Shown here: positions 41,911-50,578 of the stretch, one piece after another | How positions within the stretch are numbered: position 1 is the first letter of the stretch | Layout: each line of letters starts with the position of its first letter | NCBI GenBank assembly: GCA_965602015.1 | Contig: OZ271918.1 | Span: forward strand, 2,496,001 to 2,560,000 | Reading direction: 5' to 3' | From: Salinispira sp. | Lineage (GTDB): Bacteria; Spirochaetota; Spirochaetia; DSM-27196; Salinispiraceae | DNA: 64,000 bases | The notes under the pieces: model-generated | What the model saw: the letters and a program-made list of their open reading frames with translations, nothing else | What the model was told of the DNA's origin: nothing | Databases searched by the model: none | Translations under genes and position numbers: made by a program

Positions 41911-41945
41911 GCAGGGTGGTCATTTGTCAAAAATGACTACCCTGT
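41911..41945. terminator. Strong stem-loop after the solute-binding protein gene
   Basis: GCAGGGTGGTCATTT-loop-AAATGACTACCCTGT, about 15-bp stem. Confidence 0.6.
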
Positions 41946-41963
41946 CCTTACATTGGTCTGCCA

Positions 41964-42365
41964 ATGAAAACCCTACTCATAATAGATGCAGCAATTAATC
42001 TTTTTCTGGGAGTTGTGCTCCTTGTTTTTACTCCGGTCCTGCAAGGATTTTTCGGCTTGCCGCCTTCCTCAACCTCGTTCTACCCGAATATTCTCGGTGC
42101 AGTGTTCATCGGCATTGCCCTTGCCCTGCTCATCGGATCGGGCGTCCGTCAGGCAAACGGTTCTTGGGGATTAGGTCTTCTCGGCGCGATAAGCATAAAT
42201 TTATGCGGCGGGGCTGCCCTGGGATTGTGGCTCATATTCGGGAATCTCGACATTCCCACCCGTGGGTATGTTGTTCTCTGGTCGCTATTCTCGGTGCTTG
42301 TGGGGATCAGCGTCTTCGAAGCCTTGAGCCAGCTTGCCCTACGGCGCAAAAACCGAGTCTCCTGA
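41964..42365 (+). CDS. Hypothetical 4-TM membrane protein
   Basis: Four hydrophobic segments. The stop codon lies within the repeat-element right end. Confidence 0.75.
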   Translation: MKTLLIIDAAINLFLGVVLLVFTPVLQGFFGLPPSSTSFYPNILGAVFIGIALALLIGSGVRQANGSWGLGLLGAISINLCGGAALGLWLIFGNLDIPTRGYVVLWSLFSVLVGISVFEALSQLALRRKNRVS

Positions 42366-42396
42366 GGGGCGGAAAATCAGCTGTTTTGGGGGCACT
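42361..42396 (+). mobile_element. Solo right end of the 60217-61468 element
   Basis: 34/36 identity to 61433-61468, including the full 21-bp terminal repeat (42376-42396). Confidence 0.85.
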
Positions 42397-42409
42397 CACA
42401 AAAACAACC

Positions 42410-44110
42410 TTATTCATCCAGGCGGTATTCGGCGATAATCGCCGAGAGCCGGCTTGATTGCAGGGCCAGCTCCTGGGACGCCGCGGCGCTTTGCTCGGCG
42501 CTTGCGGTATTCGATTGGGTGGTGCTGTCGATCTGATCGAGTCCTACGGATATCTGGGAAATGCCGTCTGCCTGTTCCCTGCTTGATGCGGTGATTTCCG
42601 ACAAAAAGGCCGATATTTTGCCGATTGAGCCGGCGATTTCGTTGAGCCGCGATTCGGTTTCCGCTGAAGCTTCATTTCCCTTTTTTATCGAACCTACCGC
42701 CTTTGCCACCATATCGCCGGTGGTGTTAACCGCCTCGGCGCTGCGGTTAGCCAAATTCCGCACCTCATCAGCTACGACCGCAAACCCTTTTCCGTATTTC
42801 CCCGCCCGGGCGGCTTCCACATTGGCGTTTAGGGCCAGCAGGTTTATTTGAAAGGCGATGTCATCAATGAGCTTAACCACGGTCTTTATCTCTTCTGCTG
42901 AGGCGTTTATTTCGGTCATCAGGCTGCGCAGGGACTTCATCTGGTCCAAACCCCGCTCTACCAGGGTATTCGTCTGGTCAATTAATCCGCTTGCCTTGCC
43001 GGAGGACTCGGCGTTGGTGCGGGCCTGGGCGCTGATTTCGGTGGTGGCGCTTGAAATCTGTTCGAGGCTGGCGGCCTGCTCGGTGGCGCCTTCGCTGAGG
43101 GTCTGACTGGCTATGCTCACCTGCTCTGCCCCGGAATGCACATTGCGGGAGGCTTCGCCGGCAACCCGGATGAGATGTTTTAGTCCTTCCAGCATGTTCT
43201 CGAAGGATTTTCCCAGTTCATCTTTGTCGGAGCTGAGGCTGAGGCTGACATCGAGGTTTTTATCGCTAATTTGCCTGGCGAGGGTGGATTTTTCAGCCTG
43301 GTACTCGAGCAGCCGTGAGAATGCAGCGGATATGGAACCGATTTCATCGCGCCTTCGCTCCAGCCGGCTCAATGCGCTCTTTTCGCTGTCGCTCAGGATA
43401 ATATCCCCCATTGATAAGCGCAGCGCATGTTCCCGAAGGCTGTTGATTGGCCGCGAAAGGGAACGAGAGAAGCCGATTGCAATGATAAATGCCAGCACAG
43501 CCAGACCAAGCCCGCTGAGTACCTGGAGAATGATATTGCTGTTCGCCGAATCATCGATTATCTGGAAGATTTCATCTTCGGGAATGCCAAGGTAGAGAAT
43601 GCCTATAACCGATCCCCGCGCATCAAAGATAGGATCATACACCGTCAGGTAGGGGATGCCGAGAATGTACGCCTCGCCGTAAAAGGTTTCGCCCCTGTCC
43701 ACCGTCGAAAACGCCGCCGAATCGGTTCCCAGCATGGTGCCAACCGCCCGGCTGCCGTCGGCGACACGGATATTGGTGGTTGAACGGATGAAGTCCCTGC
43801 CGTTTCGGGCAAAAATGGTCGCGGTAATTCGGTAATCATCGAGGATTTGATCGACGAAATCGTGTTCGTTGCCGATGCGCTCCCCGCGTTCATCCACCAA
43901 TGCCCCATCAATCAGGCTGACCTGACCGAAAACCCGGAAAAATTCTCCCCGCAGAGAGTGAATATCACCCTCGAGTTTCCAATTGAGGGCGATGTGTGTC
44001 ACTTCCCTTCCGGTGGCGCGGATTCCGTTTCCGGCAATAAGCAATTGAATGCCTATGAGGGTGCTGACAATTAGGGCAATAAACAGAATGATTTTTCCGC
44101 TGATTTTCAT
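42410..44110 (-). CDS. Methyl-accepting chemotaxis protein (Cache sensor, HAMP)
   Basis: TM, Cache (ATIF...TTNI...G.RAVGT...Y.T.Y.PI), TM, HAMP, then IAFQINLLALNANVEAARAG. Confidence 0.93.
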   Translation of the reverse strand: MKISGKIILFIALIVSTLIGIQLLIAGNGIRATGREVTHIALNWKLEGDIHSLRGEFFRVFGQVSLIDGALVDERGERIGNEHDFVDQILDDYRITATIFARNGRDFIRSTTNIRVADGSRAVGTMLGTDSAAFSTVDRGETFYGEAYILGIPYLTVYDPIFDARGSVIGILYLGIPEDEIFQIIDDSANSNIILQVLSGLGLAVLAFIIAIGFSRSLSRPINSLREHALRLSMGDIILSDSEKSALSRLERRRDEIGSISAAFSRLLEYQAEKSTLARQISDKNLDVSLSLSSDKDELGKSFENMLEGLKHLIRVAGEASRNVHSGAEQVSIASQTLSEGATEQAASLEQISSATTEISAQARTNAESSGKASGLIDQTNTLVERGLDQMKSLRSLMTEINASAEEIKTVVKLIDDIAFQINLLALNANVEAARAGKYGKGFAVVADEVRNLANRSAEAVNTTGDMVAKAVGSIKKGNEASAETESRLNEIAGSIGKISAFLSEITASSREQADGISQISVGLDQIDSTTQSNTASAEQSAAASQELALQSSRLSAIIAEYRLDE

Positions 44111-44318
44111 GATGGACTACCTCCGGACCTGATTCGTTTATAAAAACGGAATGAGAGGCGACATTGCCCCCATTCGCGGATTGACTCGGAAAGCAGTATG
44201 ACAATGCGGGTACACTGGTGCTTGTTCAAAATAATAGTATATCTATAAGGTATTTACAAATCTTCACCGTTATTCGTACAAGGCAAAGCAGGATGCGAAA
44301 AGTTCCGGTATAGGAAAT

Positions 44319-44996
44319 ATGAACAGCAATTATACTCCGGCCCCGCCCTCGGCCAATGATCGCCCGCGGGAAAAAGCCGGCAGGTCCGGTATTGAATCAT
44401 TGAATGATACTGAGCTGCTTGCCCTTCTCATCGGTTCGGGTAACCGCTCGGCCAGCGTGTACCAACTGGCCGAGTCCGCCAGGCTCATTTTAGAAGACCA
44501 CGTCTCCTCGCCGGATGAGGCGAGAAAACCGCTGGAAAACCTCAGGGGCATGGGTGGGGCGAAATCATTAATGCTGAGCGCGGCGATGGAGCTGGGCCGC
44601 AGGCATTACACCGTGCGGGGTGCCCGGAAAATTTCCGGGCCGGAGGACGCCTACGAGGTTCTCAAACACTACGGCGACCGCAGCCAGGAGCACTTTTTTG
44701 TGTTATGCCTGAACGGCGCTCACCAGCTTACCCGGAGCGAACTGGTCACAATGGGTCTTCTCAACCGTTCCATGGTGCACCCGAGGGAGGTTTTCGCTCC
44801 GGCAATTGAAGCCCGCTCTGCGTCCATCATCATTGCCCACAACCATCCAAGCGGCAATCTTGAACCCAGCGATGAAGACCGGGCCGTCACCCGTCGCATC
44901 GCCGAGGCCGGCGAACTTTTGGGCATAGGGCTTCTTGACCACATCGTCTTCGGCGCCGACGGCTGGGTTAGCATGCGGGAGCTGGGACAGCTGTAG
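44319..44996 (+). CDS. radC: RadC/JAB domain protein
   Basis: RPREK, ELLALLIGSG, VHPREVF, AHNHPSG...PSDED, LLDHIV. Confidence 0.93.
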   Translation: MNSNYTPAPPSANDRPREKAGRSGIESLNDTELLALLIGSGNRSASVYQLAESARLILEDHVSSPDEARKPLENLRGMGGAKSLMLSAAMELGRRHYTVRGARKISGPEDAYEVLKHYGDRSQEHFFVLCLNGAHQLTRSELVTMGLLNRSMVHPREVFAPAIEARSASIIIAHNHPSGNLEPSDEDRAVTRRIAEAGELLGIGLLDHIVFGADGWVSMRELGQL

Positions 44997-45060
44997 AATC
45001 CATTGCCAGGCCAATAAAATCCGTATACCCTCTGTTCACGTCGATTATGAAGAGGTGAGC

Positions 45061-45579
45061 ATGACGCGTGAACCCGGCGGCAAGGCCGATGGACAATCAG
45101 ATTCAAAACCCGCGAGCATAAAAATTTCTCCCATGACTCTCAATGACATACAGTGGGCTTTCGATCTGGGAGAACGGGTGTTCACCGCGGACCGTTGGGT
45201 CAACCTCTACCGGACCTGGGAAGAATACGAACTGCTTTCCGCGTACCTGGAGGACGTAGAGTACTGTCTGGTGGCGAAAATCAGGAGAAAACCCGTCGGT
45301 TTTGTCCTGGGGACGACTATCGATAAAAAAGGAAGCCGTTGGAAGTACGGCCACCTGCTCTGGCTCGCCGTCGAACCCGAGCATATGGGAAGGGGCATCG
45401 CCGGAAAGCTCGTCGAACAGCTCACCGAGCGGTTTTACGAGAACGGCATAAACATCATGATGGTGGACACGGAAAAAACCAACACCAAGGCCGTCTCGTT
45501 CTTCACAAAAAACGGCTTCGCGAAGCAGGAACAGCACGTCTACATGTTCAAAAACATAAAAAAAACCGACAGAAGATAA
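45061..45579 (+). CDS. GNAT family N-acetyltransferase
   Basis: LAVEPEHMGRGIA, NTKAVSFFTKNGF. GAGGTG precedes ATG 45061. Confidence 0.88.
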   Translation: MTREPGGKADGQSDSKPASIKISPMTLNDIQWAFDLGERVFTADRWVNLYRTWEEYELLSAYLEDVEYCLVAKIRRKPVGFVLGTTIDKKGSRWKYGHLLWLAVEPEHMGRGIAGKLVEQLTERFYENGINIMMVDTEKTNTKAVSFFTKNGFAKQEQHVYMFKNIKKTDRR

Positions 45580-45580
45580 G

Positions 45581-45648
45581 TCCCTGCCGGCCAGCTGCGG
45601 AAGGAGATCTCCCTGCCGGCCAGCGGCGCAAGCCGATCTCCTTGCCGG
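45581..45648. repeat. Degenerate 29-bp tandem repeat (2 copies + partial)
   Basis: TCCCTGCCGGCCAGC...GATC at 45581 and 45610, partial copy at 45639. Confidence 0.7.
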
Positions 45649-45726
45649 TAGATCCATCGCGGCGGCAAATACGATCCATGGCGCTTCCACTTCTTTGGCT
45701 CGGCGCTTTCTGCTACTATGGAATCC

Positions 45727-46563
45727 ATGGCCGCGCTTTTCGCCCTCATGTCAGCTCTATCATTCGGAACCGCCGATTTCCTCGGGGGATACTCCTCCCG
45801 AAGAAACGCCACCACTGCAACGGTCGCCTGGTCGCAGGCTGCGGGACTGGCGGCGGTGCTGATAGTCGCGCCGATAATCGGTGCGGAAAATGTCCGGGCT
45901 GGAGACCTCATTTGGGGCGCCCTGTCAGGGGTATCCGGAGCATTGGGGGTAATGGTACTGTTCAAGGGGCTATCCACCGGCTTGGCTGCGGTGGTTTCTC
46001 CTCTGGCTGCCCTGGTGGGAGCGGCGGTACCCGTGCTTTTCGGAGTAATCTGGGGAGAGCGGCCGCCTCTGCTGACCTGGGGCGGCGTAGCCCTGAGCCT
46101 GCCGGCCATCGCCCTCCTGTCCATGGAACCGGTAAAAACCCGGAAGCAGGTACTGCCGTCGGTGGAACTGGGCCTTGTGTCCGGGCTATTGTTCGGTGGC
46201 TTTTTTATTCTTATATCCCAAAGCTCCGGCGAGTCGGGAATGTGGCCGCTGGCTTCAGCCCGAATAACCACAGTCCCCCTGTTTCTCGTCATTACCCGCA
46301 TTCGCCGCTCTCCCATTGCACTTGCTCCGGGTAGCAGGAGAATTACCATACTCAGCGGAGTTCTCGACATGGCGGCGAATGTATTTTACCTCCTGGCTTT
46401 CCGCAGCGGATATCTGATTTATGCGGTAGTTCTCTCCGCCTTGTATCCCGCACCCACCGTGGTGCTTCAACGGGTTTTTATACAGGAACGGCTTTCCCCG
46501 CCGCGTATTTTCGGCATGGCGCTGGCAATCGCCGGGGCAGTGCTAATAGGCATCGGCGGCTGA
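45727..46563 (+). CDS. EamA/DMT family transporter
   Basis: About 10 TM, FGTADFLGG, SALYP.. TV, ERLS. Start is 45727 or 45718. Confidence 0.88.
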   Translation: MAALFALMSALSFGTADFLGGYSSRRNATTATVAWSQAAGLAAVLIVAPIIGAENVRAGDLIWGALSGVSGALGVMVLFKGLSTGLAAVVSPLAALVGAAVPVLFGVIWGERPPLLTWGGVALSLPAIALLSMEPVKTRKQVLPSVELGLVSGLLFGGFFILISQSSGESGMWPLASARITTVPLFLVITRIRRSPIALAPGSRRITILSGVLDMAANVFYLLAFRSGYLIYAVVLSALYPAPTVVLQRVFIQERLSPPRIFGMALAIAGAVLIGIGG

Positions 46564-46582
46564 TACCGTTCGGGGAGGACAG

Positions 46583-47521
46583 ATGATTTTCTCACACAGA
46601 AACTATGAATACGGCGAAAATTTCGGCGGTGATTACCGCGCCGTACGGAATTTCCTTGTGGCGGTCAACGAACCTGCCCTGCGGGAGTACGACTTCGAGT
46701 GGGGCCGGTGGGAATGGGCCCACTGCCTGCAAAATTTCAACAAGGAACGATCGGCTGACATCGGGTTGTGGACCCGTGGAGGTCGGATAGTTGCCGCCAG
46801 CCTGTTTGAAATCGGTCCCGGGCCGGTGTATCCGGTCATTGATCCGGTTTTTGAAAATGATCCGGATTTGCTGGACCTGATTTTTGAACACGCACAGACA
46901 AGATTGACTGATGACCGGGGAGAGGTAAAAATCCTCATAAAAAACCGCCTCCGCGGCATGCAAAAGGCCGGCCGCGTCCGCGGATTCGTCCCGAATTCGG
47001 AGTACGAAGAAAACTCCATCCTGGATATGGAAGCCACCGCGCCGGCCTACCGACTGGAAGAGGGGTTTCGCATCCGCAGTCTGAGCGAGGGTTTTGATAT
47101 TCTTCAATACAACCGGGTTCTCTGGAAGGGATTCGAACATGATGGCCCGGCGCCGGAGGATCCCGCATCGCTTGAGCAGCGGCGGCGGCAAATCAGCTCC
47201 CCGAACTGCGACCCGGATTTAAAGATCGCCGTGGAATCCCCCGAAGGAGAGTATGTGGCCTATTGCGGTTCCTGGTATGACCGGTCAAACAACTACCTGC
47301 TCATTGAACCGGTGGCCACGGTTCCGGAATACCGGCGGCGGGGATTCGCTGCGGCGGCAGTTCTGGAGGCCGCTATACGAGGCCGGGAAAAAGGCGCAAC
47401 CTGCGCCATAGTCGGTTCGGCCCAGCAGTTTTACTACTCCATCGGCTTTGATCCCCTGCCGCAGGCGACATTCTGGAGCTGGAAAGCCCCGTCCCCCCGG
47501 CGGATATCCGCTAATCCATGA
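46583..47521 (+). CDS. GNAT family N-acetyltransferase
   Basis: C-terminal IEPVATVPEYRRRGFA...FYYSIGF. Confidence 0.85.
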   Translation: MIFSHRNYEYGENFGGDYRAVRNFLVAVNEPALREYDFEWGRWEWAHCLQNFNKERSADIGLWTRGGRIVAASLFEIGPGPVYPVIDPVFENDPDLLDLIFEHAQTRLTDDRGEVKILIKNRLRGMQKAGRVRGFVPNSEYEENSILDMEATAPAYRLEEGFRIRSLSEGFDILQYNRVLWKGFEHDGPAPEDPASLEQRRRQISSPNCDPDLKIAVESPEGEYVAYCGSWYDRSNNYLLIEPVATVPEYRRRGFAAAAVLEAAIRGREKGATCAIVGSAQQFYYSIGFDPLPQATFWSWKAPSPRRISANP

Positions 47522-49367
47522 ATTCCTCGAGGATGACGGCGCTGAAATCTTTGAACATTTTTTCGTCCGACTCCCGATTATCCGCCAGTACCCGGTCTCC
47601 ATCGACCACCGATATGTCGGCATGCAAGGGATATTCCCGGGGGGCCGGACGGGAGGAAAGATCCTCAATTTTTGCTTTCTGAATCTCCCAGGCCTCTTCC
47701 ACGCTCATGGTACAGACCTCCGCAAGATACCGGGCGCTGAATCCCTCTCCGGTGAAGCTGCGGAGGGTTTCGTCATGGGTCTTGCTGTTGCCCGGGTGCC
47801 AGTAATGCTTTGCCAACAGGGGCCCGACCTTCGGATTGTCGCAGATGTAGTGGTGATTCTTAACAAACCAGGCCCTGGTCTGATACACCGCCATGTGGGC
47901 CAACAGATAGCCCTGGTATGAGCATGCCGACTCGTTGTCCAGCAAATGAGGGATGGCGAGCAGGGGGCGGGGGCTGACCTCAAGACCGAGGATGCGTTTT
48001 TCCGTCTCTCTGGCCAGGGCGATGACCATATCGGGGGTAAGATCCTCTTCAGACAGGGCGTACAGCGCCCGTTCAAAATAGGGAACAACCAAAATTGAAC
48101 GCTCGGTAAATGCCCGGTACGGCTGGGAGCTCTCAATGAACTGACGAATGAGCTCACCGGGAATGCTTTGGCCGTTGAGATTCTGTGCGTAGAGGGTCAG
48201 CCAGTCGGCGTCTTCGAGAATCGAGTCGCAGAACATCGATTGGGTTTCTGCATAGGCCATGGAGGTCGGGGCGAACTCCTGGGAGAAGCAGGGGGAGTTC
48301 ATTTTTACATTCGCGAAGTGGGCCGCATGGCCTCCCTCGTGAAAAAACGTGTTAAGGCCACGGTATCCGCTGCCCACCTGGGAGGGCCGGGCGTTGGATG
48401 TGAAGTTGATTTTCCCCGGCACCCATTTTCCGTTGTCGTAGAACGCGGGTATCGGACCGTGGCAGAATCCGTTCTGATACTTGCCCTTCCTGTCCAACAG
48501 GTCCAGGGTTAACTCGGCTCCGGAATAATCGATGTTCAAGCGGGAGAACGACCGGACCCAGCGCTCAAGGGATTGGGAAAACGGAAAGTAGGGGTCCATC
48601 TGACGTTGAACGTCGCCGGAAATAAAATAGGAAAAATTATGAGCGAGAATCGCCGCATCGCCCCTGGCCTTTTGAAGCTCAGCAATGCCCGCCTGATTGC
48701 GCTCGCGGGTGCGCTCTTCAAAATCGTCGAGGATGATAAACAGCTGATCGGCGCTCATGTGTTCGGTTTTTTGCACCTTGTAGGCGAAGTAATTATCGTA
48801 ACCCTGACTTTTGGCAAACTGGTTTCGCAGCTTCACCATGTCAAGAAAGCCGTTATCACACACCCAGGCTTCCAGTTTGAGCAGGGCGTCGTGGGCGCTC
48901 TTGCGTTCACTCTCGGACTCGGCGGTGCGGATGGCGGTAAGAAGACTGGGAAGGCTTCCGGACTGCTCCCGCCCCTGACCGTCAATCCAGCTCATCGCGT
49001 AATGACCCCGCTCTTCGAAGAGGGCCGCGGCGCCGTCGATACACTGTTGCCAAAGCCCGGCAGATTCCGCCGAATCGATGACATTTGAGGAAAACAAGGC
49101 GCGCCAGCCCTCCAGGCCACGACGGATATCCTCAAGCTCTGCATCCCCGTTTACTCCCTCCAGGTCCGCTAAAGCTTCCCGGACCGTATCAAGACGGGCG
49201 GAATCAGAAATGTATGCGTTCCACCGGGCCTCGGCTCGGGCAAAATCCTCGCGGGTGCCCCCGGTTCCCATATACACCGACCAGAACAGGTCTTCTTTTT
49301 TTACGTGAACTTCCAGATACTCATGGTTCAGCCGGGACAACAGGTCTCGAGCGGATTCAGTGGTCAT
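47511..49367 (-). CDS. M3 family metallopeptidase (oligopeptidase-like)
   Basis: RKGKYQNGFCH, FHEGGHAAHF, AETQSMF. Confidence 0.88.
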   Translation of the reverse strand: MTTESARDLLSRLNHEYLEVHVKKEDLFWSVYMGTGGTREDFARAEARWNAYISDSARLDTVREALADLEGVNGDAELEDIRRGLEGWRALFSSNVIDSAESAGLWQQCIDGAAALFEERGHYAMSWIDGQGREQSGSLPSLLTAIRTAESESERKSAHDALLKLEAWVCDNGFLDMVKLRNQFAKSQGYDNYFAYKVQKTEHMSADQLFIILDDFEERTRERNQAGIAELQKARGDAAILAHNFSYFISGDVQRQMDPYFPFSQSLERWVRSFSRLNIDYSGAELTLDLLDRKGKYQNGFCHGPIPAFYDNGKWVPGKINFTSNARPSQVGSGYRGLNTFFHEGGHAAHFANVKMNSPCFSQEFAPTSMAYAETQSMFCDSILEDADWLTLYAQNLNGQSIPGELIRQFIESSQPYRAFTERSILVVPYFERALYALSEEDLTPDMVIALARETEKRILGLEVSPRPLLAIPHLLDNESACSYQGYLLAHMAVYQTRAWFVKNHHYICDNPKVGPLLAKHYWHPGNSKTHDETLRSFTGEGFSARYLAEVCTMSVEEAWEIQKAKIEDLSSRPAPREYPLHADISVVDGDRVLADNRESDEKMFKDFSAVILEEFMD

Positions 49368-49426
49368 TGTTTCTCCTTGGTTTTGTGCCTCAGGTTATCG
49401 GTTTGGGCAGACGGCAGCTTATCAGG

Positions 49427-50578
49427 TCACCGGGCCTTCAGCAGTTTTCGATTATACAGCAGAACCGGCAGACTCACAGCGGTAAATCCCGCCATAAGGA
49501 GGAAAACCGCAGTCAGAGAAATACCGGAAAGAATGCCGCCGATGTTTGCGGCAAAAAAGATGCCCAGATTAAAGACAAACTGAAATAGCAGGGCCATTCT
49601 CCCCCGGAATCCCTCGCCGGCCCGGTTTATCAGTTCCGCCTGGATTACCGGAAAGAGCACGCCGTGGGCAGTGCCGTAGGCAATTCCCGCAGCCACCAGG
49701 CCAAAAGACCCCTGCAGACCGGCGATTATTAACAGGGCGGTGGGAATCATGGCCAGGGGGACAGTTAACAGCAGCACCGGCGGCACCCGATTAAACCAGT
49801 GGCTGGCTATGAGCCTGAGCCCGATGACCGCCGCGGGATAGGCGATGTAATACGGCTTCACCACGGCAATTCCCCTGCCGAGAACCAGATCGGGCAGGAA
49901 ACTCAAGGTGGTGCCGAAACCGGTACCAAGAATAAGCCCGAGAAACAACAGAAGCAGAACCGAAGGATTTTTGCCAAGAATTGCGAAATCCTTTACTCCT
50001 CCGCTTCCTGCGTGGTTTTCCGGCGGATCTTCGGGGAACAAAAATGCCGCCAGAGAGCCGAGGGACAGGAAAACCGATGCCAGCAAAAACAGCGAACCGA
50101 AGCCCCGGGCGTCGAACACGAGCTCGCTGAAGGCGACACCGGCCATGGCTCCAAGTTGACCGAGGACGCCGATGAGGGCATAGCCCCGGGAGCGGTCCTT
50201 GGCGGGAAGAATATGGCTGGCGGCGGTCACCGTGCTGGTCATTGCCAGAGTCATTACCGCGCCCTGCATCATTCTGGGAAGAGCGAAGAACCTCGGATCA
50301 GCCGGCTGGGCAAAATAGGCCAGGGAAGCCAGCAGGTACAGAAGCCAGCCCCCTCCGATAAAGTACTTTTGCCGGTATTTGTCCATCACCAGGGCGAGCA
50401 GGGGAAGAAAGAGCATGCCGCCCAGCCCGGTGAAACTCATTACGAATCCCGACACCCCGGGACTGATTCCGATGAGGGAAAAATGCTTGGGAAGCAGAGT
50501 GAAGCTCTCGTGTCCCGCCACGCCGGCGAACAGGGCAATAAGGAGAAAAACCGAGCCCCTGCGGAAATGCTGTCTCAG
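49427..50578 (-). CDS. MFS transporter
   Basis: About 12 TM, RMMQG, RSRGYA. Start probably CTG 50578 (the ORF track gives GTG 50521). Confidence 0.82.
   Translation of the reverse strand: MRQHFRRGSVFLLIALFAGVAGHESFTLLPKHFSLIGISPGVSGFVMSFTGLGGMLFLPLLALVMDKYRQKYFIGGGWLLYLLASLAYFAQPADPRFFALPRMMQGAVMTLAMTSTVTAASHILPAKDRSRGYALIGVLGQLGAMAGVAFSELVFDARGFGSLFLLASVFLSLGSLAAFLFPEDPPENHAGSGGVKDFAILGKNPSVLLLLFLGLILGTGFGTTLSFLPDLVLGRGIAVVKPYYIAYPAAVIGLRLIASHWFNRVPPVLLLTVPLAMIPTALLIIAGLQGSFGLVAAGIAYGTAHGVLFPVIQAELINRAGEGFRGRMALLFQFVFNLGIFFAANIGGILSGISLTAVFLLMAGFTAVSLPVLLYNRKLLKAR

Noticed and set aside
41900..42400. Integron attC-type cassette sites around the accessory genes
   Set aside because: No RYYYAAC...GTTRRRY paired ends and no integron integrase in the window.
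44319..44996. radC as a marker of an integrative element or defence island
   Set aside because: It is a full-length chromosomal-type RadC with no integrase, conjugation or defence genes nearby.
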